A DNA stretch of 64,000 nucleotides from a virus. Position 1 is the first letter of the stretch; every line of letters starts with the position of its first letter. Positions 1 to 11,000 of this stretch are shown piece after piece. The translations under genes were made by a program, and so were the position numbers. The notes beneath the pieces were generated by a model, which was not told where the DNA came from, did no database searches, and saw only the letters and a list, made by a program, of their open reading frames with translations. Where the stretch lies: the IMG/VR virus record IMGVR_UViG_3300007735_000793, positions 33,067 to 97,066 of that record; one strand, written 5' to 3'.

Positions 1-929
1 GAACTCATAAACGATAATACATCTGCGCCAACCCCTAAAAATATATCTTCAAATGGTCGAATATTATCTTTTGATATTTTTTGATGATCATTCTTATCCA
101 CACCCTTCGCCCACTCTAATACCTTATCCGATTTTATGTTGTTACTATTTAAGACAAAACTTTTGTCGTAGAATGCCCATCTTTTTATCAAACCTTCTCG
201 TGTAAATTTATCTAATTTTTCGGGTGAGTTTTTATCTATGTATTCACCCCACCACGCCTGATGATATTCTGCCATACCATCACTATCTTTTAAACCATAT
301 TTTGATTGTAGTTTGTTTAACATCCCCAAATACTTTGATTGTAATTTTTCCAAGTTTATTTCCTTTGGTAGCTGTGTAATAGGTGGTCCTTGTATTGTGT
401 ATTTATCCTGCACATTCTGATTGATTTGTTTAATCATTCCCGCTAATACCTTTGCATCAGATTGGTCTGCCCCAATCGCAACACCGGATTCATCGTATTC
501 GGTAGTGTTGTGAAACACCAAAAGAGCCTGACCATAAGGTATTACATTTACTGATGTTGGATATATCACTTCCAAATTCATAAACTTTGCACCCTGTTTG
601 AAAATCTTATCCCTTTGTGCTTTTGATAATCGCTTTATTGCCACTTCTAAATCCCGCATAGCAAAGTTGTAAGCATCAGTTAGCCCACCCCTACCTCCGA
701 ACTTTGAAGCAACATCTGCGGCGTTCATTGCGTTTTCACCCCGATTAGCAAGGTGTCCTTTGTTTCTTGCGGCAATTAACCCCTTATCATCTCGCCAACT
801 AATAGCAAGTGCCTGTCCATCTGTATTATGAACCAATATACCATTTGCGTAATAACATGAAAAATTATCAACTTTTATGTCATACCTGGTCTGAACTTTG
901 TTTACTGGTTTTATTGATTTAATTTTCAT
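1..929 (-). CDS. C-terminal half of fractured gene: 35-aa IntC followed by C-extein (ATP-dependent ligase-like/DUF6267-like domain); runs off window
   Basis: Manual translation from ATG 929: MKIKSIKPVNKVQTRYDIKVDNFSCYYANGILVHN/TDGQALAISWRDDKGLIAARNKGH..., open to position 1; absent from ORF track because truncated. Confidence 0.9.
   Translation of the reverse strand, partial: MKIKSIKPVNKVQTRYDIKVDNFSCYYANGILVHNTDGQALAISWRDDKGLIAARNKGHLANRGENAMNAADVASKFGGRGGLTDAYNFAMRDLEVAIKRLSKAQRDKIFKQGAKFMNLEVIYPTSVNVIPYGQALLVFHNTTEYDESGVAIGADQSDAKVLAGMIKQINQNVQDKYTIQGPPITQLPKEINLEKLQSKYLGMLNKLQSKYGLKDSDGMAEYHQAWWGEYIDKNSPEKLDKFTREGLIKRWAFYDKSFVLNSNNIKSDKVLEWAKGVDKNDHQKISKDNIRPFEDIFLGVGADVLSFMS
825..929 (-). 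other. Split intein C-fragment (IntC), Thr at +1
   Basis: Block F/G motifs YDIKV..., YYANGILVHN/T; Lys-rich N-terminus. Confidence 0.92.
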
Positions 930-941
930 AGTTTATTTCCC

Positions 942-2516
942 TCAAAGTGTTTTCAATTCCATATCTTCGGTCAAATCTTTAGCCTGAACATATCCTATAC
1001 CATCTACATACATTCTATGATTTGGGGTTACTTGAATGGTTTTACCATCTTCCATTTCGATTTCTAACCACTCATCAGTATCATCGTTATTAAAATATGC
1101 TATAACATCCATAAATTCACTATTTCCAGTTTCTTCATTAAATGATAATACCGAATCGGTAAGTTTATTATCTACAAACTCTGATATGGGTATATTTCCA
1201 TTATTTTTAGTTTGTATAACACTATCACCCGCTATGCACTTTTCTCGAGTTAATTCCAAATCACCTTTTAAGGCCTTTGCTATTATGTTTTTTAAATCAC
1301 CAAAAGTTAAACCCAACTCTAAATCAAACGGATGATTCATATGACCGTATGCCCCGCCTTCTGTCAAATAATCGTTGAACTTTCTACCAATTCTTTCTAA
1401 TAACTTATATTGCTTTCTATCTATTACTTCTAATTTTTTTCCAATCACCCATTCAACAACCTCATATCCTAACCCCCTAAATACTTCCTGCAACTCCTTG
1501 TCCTCTACACCAGTAATATCAACCTCTACTTCGGGTGGAGCTTCAGGTGGTGCAACATCCAATGGAGTAGTAGCAATATCAGCAGTTACATAATCTTCCG
1601 TTTCGGGTATATCTAAAAGGTCATCCATTGTGAATACCTTTCTTCTACTTGCATATTGATAAAAATCACCCGTACCTTTTGCCGATTTTTTAACCATCGC
1701 ATCTGCTTTTGGAAACTCTATTTGTGTATATCCACCACTAACAAACCAATAATCGTTTTTTTGCGCATCTTTACCCAAACCCAATACTCGTTTTTTACCT
1801 GGCGGAACATAAATTGCATCAGGCTCACCTGGATCTGCACCATATCCACCTCCCAATGATGATTCAATAAGGGGAATTAAATTATACTTACTGAAGAAGT
1901 CTGATATAATTTCGTTTACTCCACCCAGCTTTTGGGTTATCATATTGTATATTTTTGGATTAAATTTTGGATATGCTTTTTTAAATCCCCCTTTTCTTTG
2001 TGATTCATCTCCCGCTGATAACCATTTTCTTACATCCGTTCCACTTATTGGATTTGGTTGAGCAGGTGATGTATAAACATAACCACTTTCTTCATATCCA
2101 CTTACAGGTTTAAATCCGGCACCACTATGAAATTTTTTGAAATATTTACCACCTAATCGTTGTGCATCTTTTTCCCCTACCACAGTTACAAATGCCGTTG
2201 TTTGAGGTGAAAATCCACTTAATATTTCAATTGGATTATATGGGTTTTTTACCTGCACTACCTTATTCTTTGGAATATTAAACATTGTAGTCATTATTGT
2301 TTTTTTCTCCAAAAAATTAAAGGGGTCTTTAGGTCCACCACTTTTGTTGGATGTCCCAATCCAAACGGCATCCTTACCAAACTTTTGAACTAAATGTGAA
2401 TAGGTAGCATAATGCCCCTTATGGAAAGGTTGAAACCTACCCGCATATACCACCACTATATCTTTGACTTCTTCGGTTAATATCTCTTTAACCCATTCTT
2501 TTATTAAATTTCCCAT
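942..2516 (-). CDS. N-terminal half of fractured gene: cytidylyltransferase-like (HxGH) domain + start of ligase-like domain + IntN
   Basis: AGRFQPFHKGH and ISGTDVRK motifs; EGGAYGHMNHPFD...TREK then intein CIAGDS. Confidence 0.88.
   Translation of the reverse strand: MGNLIKEWVKEILTEEVKDIVVVYAGRFQPFHKGHYATYSHLVQKFGKDAVWIGTSNKSGGPKDPFNFLEKKTIMTTMFNIPKNKVVQVKNPYNPIEILSGFSPQTTAFVTVVGEKDAQRLGGKYFKKFHSGAGFKPVSGYEESGYVYTSPAQPNPISGTDVRKWLSAGDESQRKGGFKKAYPKFNPKIYNMITQKLGGVNEIISDFFSKYNLIPLIESSLGGGYGADPGEPDAIYVPPGKKRVLGLGKDAQKNDYWFVSGGYTQIEFPKADAMVKKSAKGTGDFYQYASRRKVFTMDDLLDIPETEDYVTADIATTPLDVAPPEAPPEVEVDITGVEDKELQEVFRGLGYEVVEWVIGKKLEVIDRKQYKLLERIGRKFNDYLTEGGAYGHMNHPFDLELGLTFGDLKNIIAKALKGDLELTREKCIAGDSVIQTKNNGNIPISEFVDNKLTDSVLSFNEETGNSEFMDVIAYFNNDDTDEWLEIEMEDGKTIQVTPNHRMYVDGIGYVQAKDLTEDMELKTL
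945..1238 (-). other. Split intein N-fragment (IntN, 98 aa)
   Basis: Block A CIAGDSVIQT, block B TPNH, acidic tail, stop with no endonuclease domain or block F/G. Confidence 0.92.
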
Positions 2517-2533
2517 ATAGATAAATATACAGT

Positions 2534-2698
2534 TTATTTTTGTTTATTGTTTTGTTTTAACTTCCCCATCGCTTCTTTGGATGTAAGTAACTTACCCATA
2601 CTTGCCATTTTTTGAAATTCCTCCATAGTAATACTGATAATGGGTTTACCACTATCTTTAATTTGTTGGAGGAGTTGAGGTGTGGGTTTAAGGAACAT
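2534..2698 (-). CDS. Small hypothetical protein (54 aa)
   Basis: Manual translation MFLKPTPQLLQQIKDSGKPIISITMEEFQKMASMGK...; fills the gap between two genes. Confidence 0.6.
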   Translation of the reverse strand: MFLKPTPQLLQQIKDSGKPIISITMEEFQKMASMGKLLTSKEAMGKLKQNNKQK

Positions 2699-2708
2699 AG
2701 TGTTAGGG

Positions 2709-4508
2709 TTAGTTAGGTAAATAACAGGGGATTAGGACAGTATTTCCATTTAATTTTATTTCCATCCAATAATCAGGTGTTCCTAACGCAAAATCATCAG
2801 CAGTTTGCCCATATATTTCCTTAGCGGGAACATCTGGTAGGTATCTTGGTGGGGGATTACTAGCTTGTGCAGCATCAATTTGAATCCATTTTGTACTTGC
2901 AGGGTCTGATGTTATGTGTACATATTCAGCAGGTGATGATTGTTGTAACCCAACAAAACCACTATCTGTAGTTACAAGTATTCTTGGATTTCCACCCGTA
3001 AAAACCTCAATTACTCCAGTTGGTGTTTCAGTTCCTATACCAACATTACCATCACCCTGTACAAATAATGCTGCCGATGCTGATGGTGAAGATACCCGCA
3101 GTAATGATTGATTATTTGCCCCACTTACATGCAATCTTGCAGAAGGGGTTAATAATCCTACACCCACATTACCACTAGCACTTATAAAGAAGTATTCTGC
3201 ACCTGTTGTGCTTTGCACTCTCATTAAATTATCAGTAGCAACTGTGCCGCTAATGTGCAAAGACGCGGTTGGAAATCTTGTTCCAATTCCTACTCTTGAT
3301 GATCCTACAGTAGTTCCTACTGAATCTATAGTTAGTACTGAATCAGTTAAAGCAGTTGCGGAGGTTGAACTATTATTATTTAATAAAAAGTGTATTTTAC
3401 CACTTGCATTACCACCGCCACCATGCCCATCTGTCCTTTCAAATACAAGTGCCGATTTTCTATAAGATGCGTTTGTTTGCTCAACATATCCAAAAGATAT
3501 GCCTGAAAAGTTATTAATGGAGACTTGCGCTCCAAAACTCGCTGCTATACCAGATATACTACCATTATAGACATCAAAAAGACGTTGGGGGGTTGATATT
3601 CCAATACCAACTCTACCACTACCACTTACAAATAATATATTAGCGTTTGTTGGTGAACCTACCCTTAATAAAGCATCAGCATTAGCGCCACTTATGTGAA
3701 GTTCTGCGGTTGGTGATGTTGTGCCTATGCCCACCTCAGTTGTTGGAGTTATTTTAACATTATTTGTAAATGTAGATGTAAAGTCATTCCAACTTCTTAA
3801 TAACATACCACCATCGGTACTATCACGATGTATGTTAGGGAATGTAGCTCCATTAGCATTTATACTAACACCGGTGTTTCCATTAACAACTAAATTATGA
3901 ACAGGTGTTGTAGTTCCAATGCCTATATTACCACTGCTACTTACATACAGGTGATTAGTGTTAAATGCTGATGTGCCATCATTTAGTATAGTTAAACTTG
4001 CGCTTGCATTACTATTTTCTACCCTAAATGCTGTCGTTGCGGAGGTTGCTCCACTGCCTCTAATTTCTAATTTTGCCGATGGCGAACTTTCTCCAATACC
4101 TACAAACCCAGTAGAACCCACAATTCTCATTATTTCAGGTTGGGTAACTGCGCCTGCGTAAAATGATATATCATTTGCTCCAAATACCCCACCAAGCTCT
4201 GATAACATATAAGCCCCAGCATGTCCGAAACTTGAACTTGCTACTATGTTATTGGTATTATATCTGATATATGGAGTAAACTGCCCTGCCGTAAGAGCAC
4301 CAATAGTTGATGCCGTTATAGAGGTTACAGTTATACCCCCGTTTACTTGAAGAGTGTTTGTTGGTGTCCCCGTTCCAATACCAACTCTACCACTACCTGA
4401 TACGAATAAAGCAGAAGGTGCGGATGGTGATGATACTTGTAATAAATTGGCGTTATTTGAGCCAGTTATTAAAGCATTATCTAATATGGTAGGTGAAAAT
4501 ATATCCAT
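2709..4508 (-). CDS. Tail fibre-like protein with VGIGTTxP repeats
   Basis: About 8 copies of SGxVGIGTxTP...LHISG. Confidence 0.75.
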   Translation of the reverse strand: MDIFSPTILDNALITGSNNANLLQVSSPSAPSALFVSGSGRVGIGTGTPTNTLQVNGGITVTSITASTIGALTAGQFTPYIRYNTNNIVASSSFGHAGAYMLSELGGVFGANDISFYAGAVTQPEIMRIVGSTGFVGIGESSPSAKLEIRGSGATSATTAFRVENSNASASLTILNDGTSAFNTNHLYVSSSGNIGIGTTTPVHNLVVNGNTGVSINANGATFPNIHRDSTDGGMLLRSWNDFTSTFTNNVKITPTTEVGIGTTSPTAELHISGANADALLRVGSPTNANILFVSGSGRVGIGISTPQRLFDVYNGSISGIAASFGAQVSINNFSGISFGYVEQTNASYRKSALVFERTDGHGGGGNASGKIHFLLNNNSSTSATALTDSVLTIDSVGTTVGSSRVGIGTRFPTASLHISGTVATDNLMRVQSTTGAEYFFISASGNVGVGLLTPSARLHVSGANNQSLLRVSSPSASAALFVQGDGNVGIGTETPTGVIEVFTGGNPRILVTTDSGFVGLQQSSPAEYVHITSDPASTKWIQIDAAQASNPPPRYLPDVPAKEIYGQTADDFALGTPDYWMEIKLNGNTVLIPCYLPN

Positions 4509-4513
4509 TTTTA

Positions 4514-7321
4514 TTAATAGAATATTAAGGTTCTGAAGTGCGGTGTATCATTACTTCTTAAATAGTATAAGTAATCTAATCCATCATCACTCGTTTTTAA
4601 TATCATTCTTTGAGCTTGTCTTGCGGTTGAGTTACCTGCTGGTAATGTGGTTGCGCCATTTTCCATAATATCTCTATCAGTATCTATGTAAACAAACTGA
4701 GCGGAGATGTTAGGTTGAATATAAATTCGGTTTTTACCATCATAAGTAATATTAGTTCCATCAGTTAAGTTAAAGTTGGTAGCGTGATGCCAAGGTGGTA
4801 TAAACGGATACTCATACATCATTGTTGCTATATTGTATTTTACAAACCTCAATGTAGAGTTTGCTTCAAACATATAAATGTATTTTCCTAATGAGCTAGT
4901 TGGTGTTAGGTTACTACCACTTTCTCTACCATATATCCATTTCATATCAGCACCCGCAGCACCTGTTACTGTAGAAGTTGTATTTCTTCTACCAGTTGGT
5001 AAAATACTATATACAGTTGTTGTATCAGGCGTTGCAGTTGTAGCACCAGCAGTATTAGTAGTACCAAAAGTTATTGTATTATTGGTATTTGATGAAATAG
5101 TTGCTTCTTGCCCCACACCCGTTCCTGCTAAAAATCTAATTTGAGCACCCACCCAAAAGTTAGTAGGCCAGTTTTTAGTAGCATCTACAAGAGTGGATGC
5201 AGTACCTCCCGTTGCAGTTCCAAAGCCACGCGATGATGATAACTCAAATGATACAACAAAGTTATTGGCAGTTGCTGCAGCATTTGCTGATAACGAAGCA
5301 GTTACAAATAATCCATTAGAACTTGTTTCAAATGAACGGAAGAATGTTGGAGAAGCAAAGTTTGTGCTGCTTGTTATAGGTGAACCAATGGGAACTTGTG
5401 ATAATGTAGCAAACTGCGAAGCACTCATATAAAGAAATGGTTGACCACTAATCGTACTACCTGTTAAATAAAAGCTACTTGTTCCCGTTGTTATACCAGT
5501 ATCTAATCCGTAACTTGCTCCAAATGCTTGAGGGCTTAATATGTTATATCCCCATACTGCCGTATTACCTGTTAAAGTAGTAGCGGATGCTTGTGCTGTT
5601 GCCAATGTTAGAGATTGCGAAGTATTTGCAGTAATTCTTGAATAGTTAGTTGTAGGTGCGGTTGGTGAGCTACTCCATACTTGCACTATATTACCTACAT
5701 GCTCATTTGTTACCCAGTTTTTAGATGTATCAAATAATAGTGTAGTTGTATGTGCGTTTAATACCGCATTTGCTGAAGGTGTACTACCCATCGCATAAGT
5801 AAATGCAGTTGGTTGTGAAGTACCTGTTAAAGTAGCTGATAGTGGATATGATGATGTTGCTATAAATGTTCCATTGTAAATTGCAGCATCAGCACCAGTT
5901 GCACCTGTAATTGTTATTCTATCTCCAGTTTCAAAAGGATGTCCTGTGATTGTGGTTACAGTAGCAATATTACCTGTTCTTGTAATTGCTGATATAGGAA
6001 CTTGAAAACTAAAAGATGAAGAATATCTAACTGATGCAACATTCGCTACACCCTCATCTAACCTTTGAGATGGATAAAATGAGTTATTTAGGTTAGAGAA
6101 TTGACCAACAGTAGCAAAGTTACCACCATTTATATAGGATTTATCATCATCTACTATAATTTGGTATTGATTTGAACCGCTTGGTGCTACATCTAAATCA
6201 GCAGCAAATTGAAGAGTGTTGCTAGTATTTGAAGTTATTAATCTTTCAATACCATTTGTTTGGTTTACAAACCTATAATTTCTCCATTGATTAATTCCCC
6301 AGTTTTGGGTAGTATCTACTGCTACTCTAGCTGAACCACTTGTTAAAGTTCCAGTAACAAATGGCGGTACTAATTCAGATGAAAGGGGTTCATATTGTAG
6401 GGTAGTTAAAGCTAAATAACTAGGCATTACACCTGTTTGACTATGTAATGGAAACCAGTTAGCATATAATGGGTCATATCTATATGCTAAAAAGAATGCG
6501 TTAGTAGATATATTTTGAACACTAACTAATGAACCAATTATTATTTCAAAACGTGAACTTTTATCTAAATTGGTAGTCCAAGGGCTATCTACTGTAATAG
6601 TACTTCGTTGAATAACACAGCGAGTAGCAGTTCCTACTGAGATTGCGTTAGCATCATATACATGGTTATATGCCTGATTGGGGTCGGTTACATGCCATTC
6701 TGCGTTAGCGAAGTATAAAGTATCATTGTTGTTATATAATACCCTTCTAACAAAGTATTGTTGTGAAGTTCCTAAATATGCTCTTACTTGATAACCTCTC
6801 CATTGATTTACCATCCACTTTTTGGTAGTATCAGTTATTGAGGTTACACCTGTTGTGGTGTTTGTATAAGTTGCAGTCGGAGTTAGATATTCTAAGTTTT
6901 CAGGTTGAGTACAAGCGGTAATAGTTCTTTCCTGTCCTCTACCTAATCCAGCTACTACTTTTATTTTTAATCCTACCACAGCACTTTCGTTGATAAATCC
7001 ACCTGTTGCAGTTGAACTACCACTTGTCCCTGCTATAAAGTTACCATAGTGTCCTTGGCTTAAATCCCATGAACCATTTACAGTTGATGCTGGTGAGTTA
7101 GGTAATAAAGAACCTAATGTTGTCCAAGAATCACTATAAGTGTCATATAGATACATTGTTGTAGCTGAAGTGTGGAATGTGTATCTATTATATCTACTTC
7201 CAGTTGCTGCAGCAGGGAAGTTATAAACACAAGAGTTTGCTGCGGTAGTATAAGGTGAATACCTCATCCATTCCCATACGGGCTGGTCTACCATTGTTTT
7301 TAATCGTTTTGTTAGTGCCAT
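4514..7321 (-). CDS. Large Thr/Ser-rich virion/adhesin protein
   Basis: Four D(T/A)x(K/Q)xWxxNxW/H repeats, beta-rich, fibre-cluster context. Confidence 0.55.
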   Translation of the reverse strand: MALTKRLKTMVDQPVWEWMRYSPYTTAANSCVYNFPAAATGSRYNRYTFHTSATTMYLYDTYSDSWTTLGSLLPNSPASTVNGSWDLSQGHYGNFIAGTSGSSTATGGFINESAVVGLKIKVVAGLGRGQERTITACTQPENLEYLTPTATYTNTTTGVTSITDTTKKWMVNQWRGYQVRAYLGTSQQYFVRRVLYNNNDTLYFANAEWHVTDPNQAYNHVYDANAISVGTATRCVIQRSTITVDSPWTTNLDKSSRFEIIIGSLVSVQNISTNAFFLAYRYDPLYANWFPLHSQTGVMPSYLALTTLQYEPLSSELVPPFVTGTLTSGSARVAVDTTQNWGINQWRNYRFVNQTNGIERLITSNTSNTLQFAADLDVAPSGSNQYQIIVDDDKSYINGGNFATVGQFSNLNNSFYPSQRLDEGVANVASVRYSSSFSFQVPISAITRTGNIATVTTITGHPFETGDRITITGATGADAAIYNGTFIATSSYPLSATLTGTSQPTAFTYAMGSTPSANAVLNAHTTTLLFDTSKNWVTNEHVGNIVQVWSSSPTAPTTNYSRITANTSQSLTLATAQASATTLTGNTAVWGYNILSPQAFGASYGLDTGITTGTSSFYLTGSTISGQPFLYMSASQFATLSQVPIGSPITSSTNFASPTFFRSFETSSNGLFVTASLSANAAATANNFVVSFELSSSRGFGTATGGTASTLVDATKNWPTNFWVGAQIRFLAGTGVGQEATISSNTNNTITFGTTNTAGATTATPDTTTVYSILPTGRRNTTSTVTGAAGADMKWIYGRESGSNLTPTSSLGKYIYMFEANSTLRFVKYNIATMMYEYPFIPPWHHATNFNLTDGTNITYDGKNRIYIQPNISAQFVYIDTDRDIMENGATTLPAGNSTARQAQRMILKTSDDGLDYLYYLRSNDTPHFRTLIFY

Positions 7322-7324
7322 AAT

Positions 7325-7843
7325 TTAACTGAATTCTAATTGGTTTCTTAAAGTTGCGTATGCTATTCTGGATTGTAGTACAAATGTGGACTCGGGTGCT
7401 GATATTGTAGATGCGCCTGATGGTCCGTTTATCATAGTACTTTGCATTACTGTTGCTGTTCCTGTACTACCCCCAATATCAATAGTTTGCCTACCCGCAC
7501 TATCTTGTCTTGATGATGGTTCTAATAATTTAACCATCCTACCTAATAGTGCCGTTTGGTCACTCAAATATTGTAGAGTTTCTTGTGATGCAGGGGTGTA
7601 TTGATTTTCTAAAAATATCTGTAAACTATCACTATCACTCATTAATGATGTATTGTATGTTAATGTTAATACATTACCACTTATAGTTCCCCCATAATTT
7701 GGGTCTGCGAAGTTATAAATAATAAGATTATCAGTTACATTTGTAATAAGTAGTAATTGTGGTAATGATATAGTTTCCGATGTATTAAATGTAATTTGCT
7801 TTGCAGCCGCATTAAATGTATAATCTTCAAATAATATTTTCAT
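7325..7843 (-). CDS. Putative virion structural/fibre adaptor protein
   Basis: YTFNAAAKQITF...LLLITNVTDNLIIYNFADP motif recalled from phage structural proteins. Confidence 0.5.
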   Translation of the reverse strand: MKILFEDYTFNAAAKQITFNTSETISLPQLLLITNVTDNLIIYNFADPNYGGTISGNVLTLTYNTSLMSDSDSLQIFLENQYTPASQETLQYLSDQTALLGRMVKLLEPSSRQDSAGRQTIDIGGSTGTATVMQSTMINGPSGASTISAPESTFVLQSRIAYATLRNQLEFS

Positions 7844-8034
7844 AATCCTCCCCCTTCTTTTATAATTCTACATAGTTTTGGGTAGTTTTCAATTTGTAGT
7901 TTTTCAATACACCTCTCCGCCTCCTCATAAGAAGTAAATAGATAAATTGGTTTATTTTCCCCATCAACTAATGAAGCCCATATAGAGCTATTACCATCTA
8001 AAAATTGTATTTGTATTTCGTATCGTTCATTCAT
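7840..8034 (-). CDS. Hypothetical protein
   Basis: 64-aa ORF, 4-nt overlap with next gene. Confidence 0.5.
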   Translation of the reverse strand: MNERYEIQIQFLDGNSSIWASLVDGENKPIYLFTSYEEAERCIEKLQIENYPKLCRIIKEGGGL

Positions 8035-8052
8035 ATCTATTATATATAGTTT

Positions 8053-11000
8053 TTATAAAACAATTGAATATGCTATCATTAAAGAAAGTGCGTTGTTAGG
8101 TAATACACTACCCACTGTCGCACTTGCATATCCAGCTCTTGCCGTTGAAAATGTTATAACTGATTGATTATCTGATGTTCCTTGAATTGAATCAGGAACC
8201 ACCACTTGATAACTATTATCGTATACTGTTATTACAGGTGTTCTAAAATTAAGGTTATGATTAAAAGTCCAAGTGGTTGAAGCAACTGATTGTGTAAATG
8301 TTGCAAAGTTTTGACCGGAAAATGATGATGCGGTTAATGCGAGTGTAGCTGTTTGTGCGTTTTCTGCCCAACTTGCCGTTCCATAGAGTGAGCCTGTTAT
8401 TGAACCACTTACACTTAAAGAACCTGTAATTTGTATTTCCGAACCTGAAGCAAATAGTAAATTACTTCTATTACTATCATCAATACCATTACCTATTATA
8501 AAAGCAGATTGATCTGGTAATGATATATTATATTGACCTATTGTTAATTGATAGTCGCCTTGTGCTATTGTTCCTAATCCCTCTGCATGGGAAGCTATTC
8601 CTAATGCTAGTGTTCCTGATCCCTCTGCATGTGAATACGCCCCAGATGCTATTGTTGAAATCCCTTCGGCATGAGAGCTATAGCCGGAAGATAAAGTACT
8701 AGATCCTTCAGCATGAGATGTAGCTCCCGATGATATAGAACTTGCACCTTCGGCGTGTGAATAGTTACCAGATGCTACAGTTTCTGTTCCTTCGGCATGA
8801 GAAGCTTCACCGGTGGTCAATGTATCTACACCCTCGGCATGCGAATAATTACCTGTTGCAGTTGTTGCTTGTCCTTGTACAACTGTCCCTGCTACATCTA
8901 ATGTTGCTTTTGGAGTAGTTGTTCCAATACCTACATTACTGCCCGTAATTGTTAATTGTGTGGTATCTGCAGTTTGTAAAAATAATGAGCCTGAACCTCT
9001 TGCATTTATACTTAAATTTTGGTTATTTGATGTTCTGATTTCATTAAAGTTGGGTGTTGAATCATATAATGTTCCTATAATAGCCCCACCAATATTAAGT
9101 GTAACGGCACCACTACCATCTGATAAAAAGCTTAAATTAGTGCCACCACCATTTTTAAATATTGTAGCTAATCTAACAGAACCATTTACATCTAATTCTC
9201 TTTGTGGTGTTGCAGTTCCAACACCTACTCTACCACTACCAGATACAAATAAAGCCGAAGGTGCGGTGGATGAAGAAGCTATTAATAATGCTTCATTATT
9301 AGCTCCCGATATATGAAGTCTTGCATTTGGTGATGTGGTGTTTATACCAATAAGACCCGATGTATTGTTTATTTGAAATCTTACCGTACTATATGATACA
9401 TCTTCAATTGTAAAGTTAGAATTAGGAACAACACCCATTCTCCAACTATAACTGCTACCTCTATTAAATCTAATTGCACTTCCCTGCGATGCATCCCCCG
9501 TCAAATACACTAACTCATTTGTAGCGGATGTTCCACTTATATGTAATCTTACAGATGGTGTTGTAGTGCCGATACCAACATTACCACTACTACTAATGGT
9601 CATTCTTACAGAACCACTTGTTTCTAATTGTAAATCTTGAGTATCGTTAGTGCCTAAAAGTGCCGTAGCCCCAAATGAGTTGCCACCTTGCACAAATGCG
9701 TTAGTGCCTGTTGGGGCTATGAATGAAGATGTTAGTGCGTTTTGAGCCCAAGATGATGTTCCAAATAGTGAACCTGTTATTGAACCATTTACCCTTAATG
9801 AGCCTGTAAAGATATGGGTATCATCGGATGAATTACCAAATTGAGTTGAGCCTGATTGGTATATTATACTCGCAGATACAAACTCCGTATGAAACTCTTC
9901 TGCGGTTATTCTACCAGTTACTAACAAATTACCATCTACATGCAACCTTTCAGTTGGTGTTGTAGTGCCTATACCTACATTGCCTGAACTGGATATGAAT
10001 ACTCGTGTAGTATTGTTAGTTTCTAATTGTAGATTACTCGCATTAATTGTTCCAATTGTTAGCGGACTACCAACTGCTCCCGTATTATTACCATCATTTA
10101 GGATTACTGCATTAGAACCATAAAACAACCTATTAGATGAGTTTGTCCATAAGTGAGTTGAACTTGGTGCAGTTGTTTGAGATGAATTATTAAAATCAAT
10201 ACCCTTATAATTTAATAAGGTTCTACCCCTCAATTGTCCCAAACTGTCATAAGTTTCTGCTATGTAAGAAGCGCTGGTATGAGTAATTCCGCCAAAATCA
10301 CCATCTATTGTTATAATATTTTTGCTTTGTGTAACAGGTCCCCAAAAATTAGTTTTTCCGTAAACTTGAAACCCATCAATAGTGGTTGTGCTTGTAGGCG
10401 ATGGTGCAGTATCAATTTTTATACCCCTACTAATTGCACCAATCCCACCATATACTTCAAATATGTTTTTTCTATTTGCAGACGAAGGACCTGTTCCATC
10501 ACCCACCACAAATATATTGTTAAAATCAGTCATTGCTTCATTGTAATGACCTACTACCAATTGACCCGATGATGATGCGATAGTTCCAATACCAAATGCT
10601 ACTGTCGCAGTTCCTCTTGCCCACGAACCCGAACCGGCTGCAAAAGAACCCGAACCATCTGCATCAGTTTCAATACCCACACTAAATGCAGCATATCCAC
10701 TTGCGGTCGTATTTACACCAGCAGCATGAGCAGCAAATCCGGAGGCAAGTGTTCCCACACCTTCTGCAAATGAAGCAGTTCCGGTTGTAGTATTATTAAA
10801 CCCAAAAACGGAAGAGCTTGGAGCATTTACTGCGGGGTTTATACCCGATAATATTGAATTTACACCTAATTGGTCAGATACCCTTGTCAGATTAGCCGCC
10901 AATGTGGGCATCCTAATATCAAAGTTTTGGAAAACATCACCACTACCACTTGCGAACTCATTATACCAATCTTCATCAGTATCCAATGTAAATGAACCAG

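Noticed and set aside
927-944. Stop-codon recoding joining IntN and IntC
   Set aside because: Two different stops (TGA, TAA) in the spacer; TAA, TAG and TGA all terminate genes elsewhere; no suppressor tRNA seen
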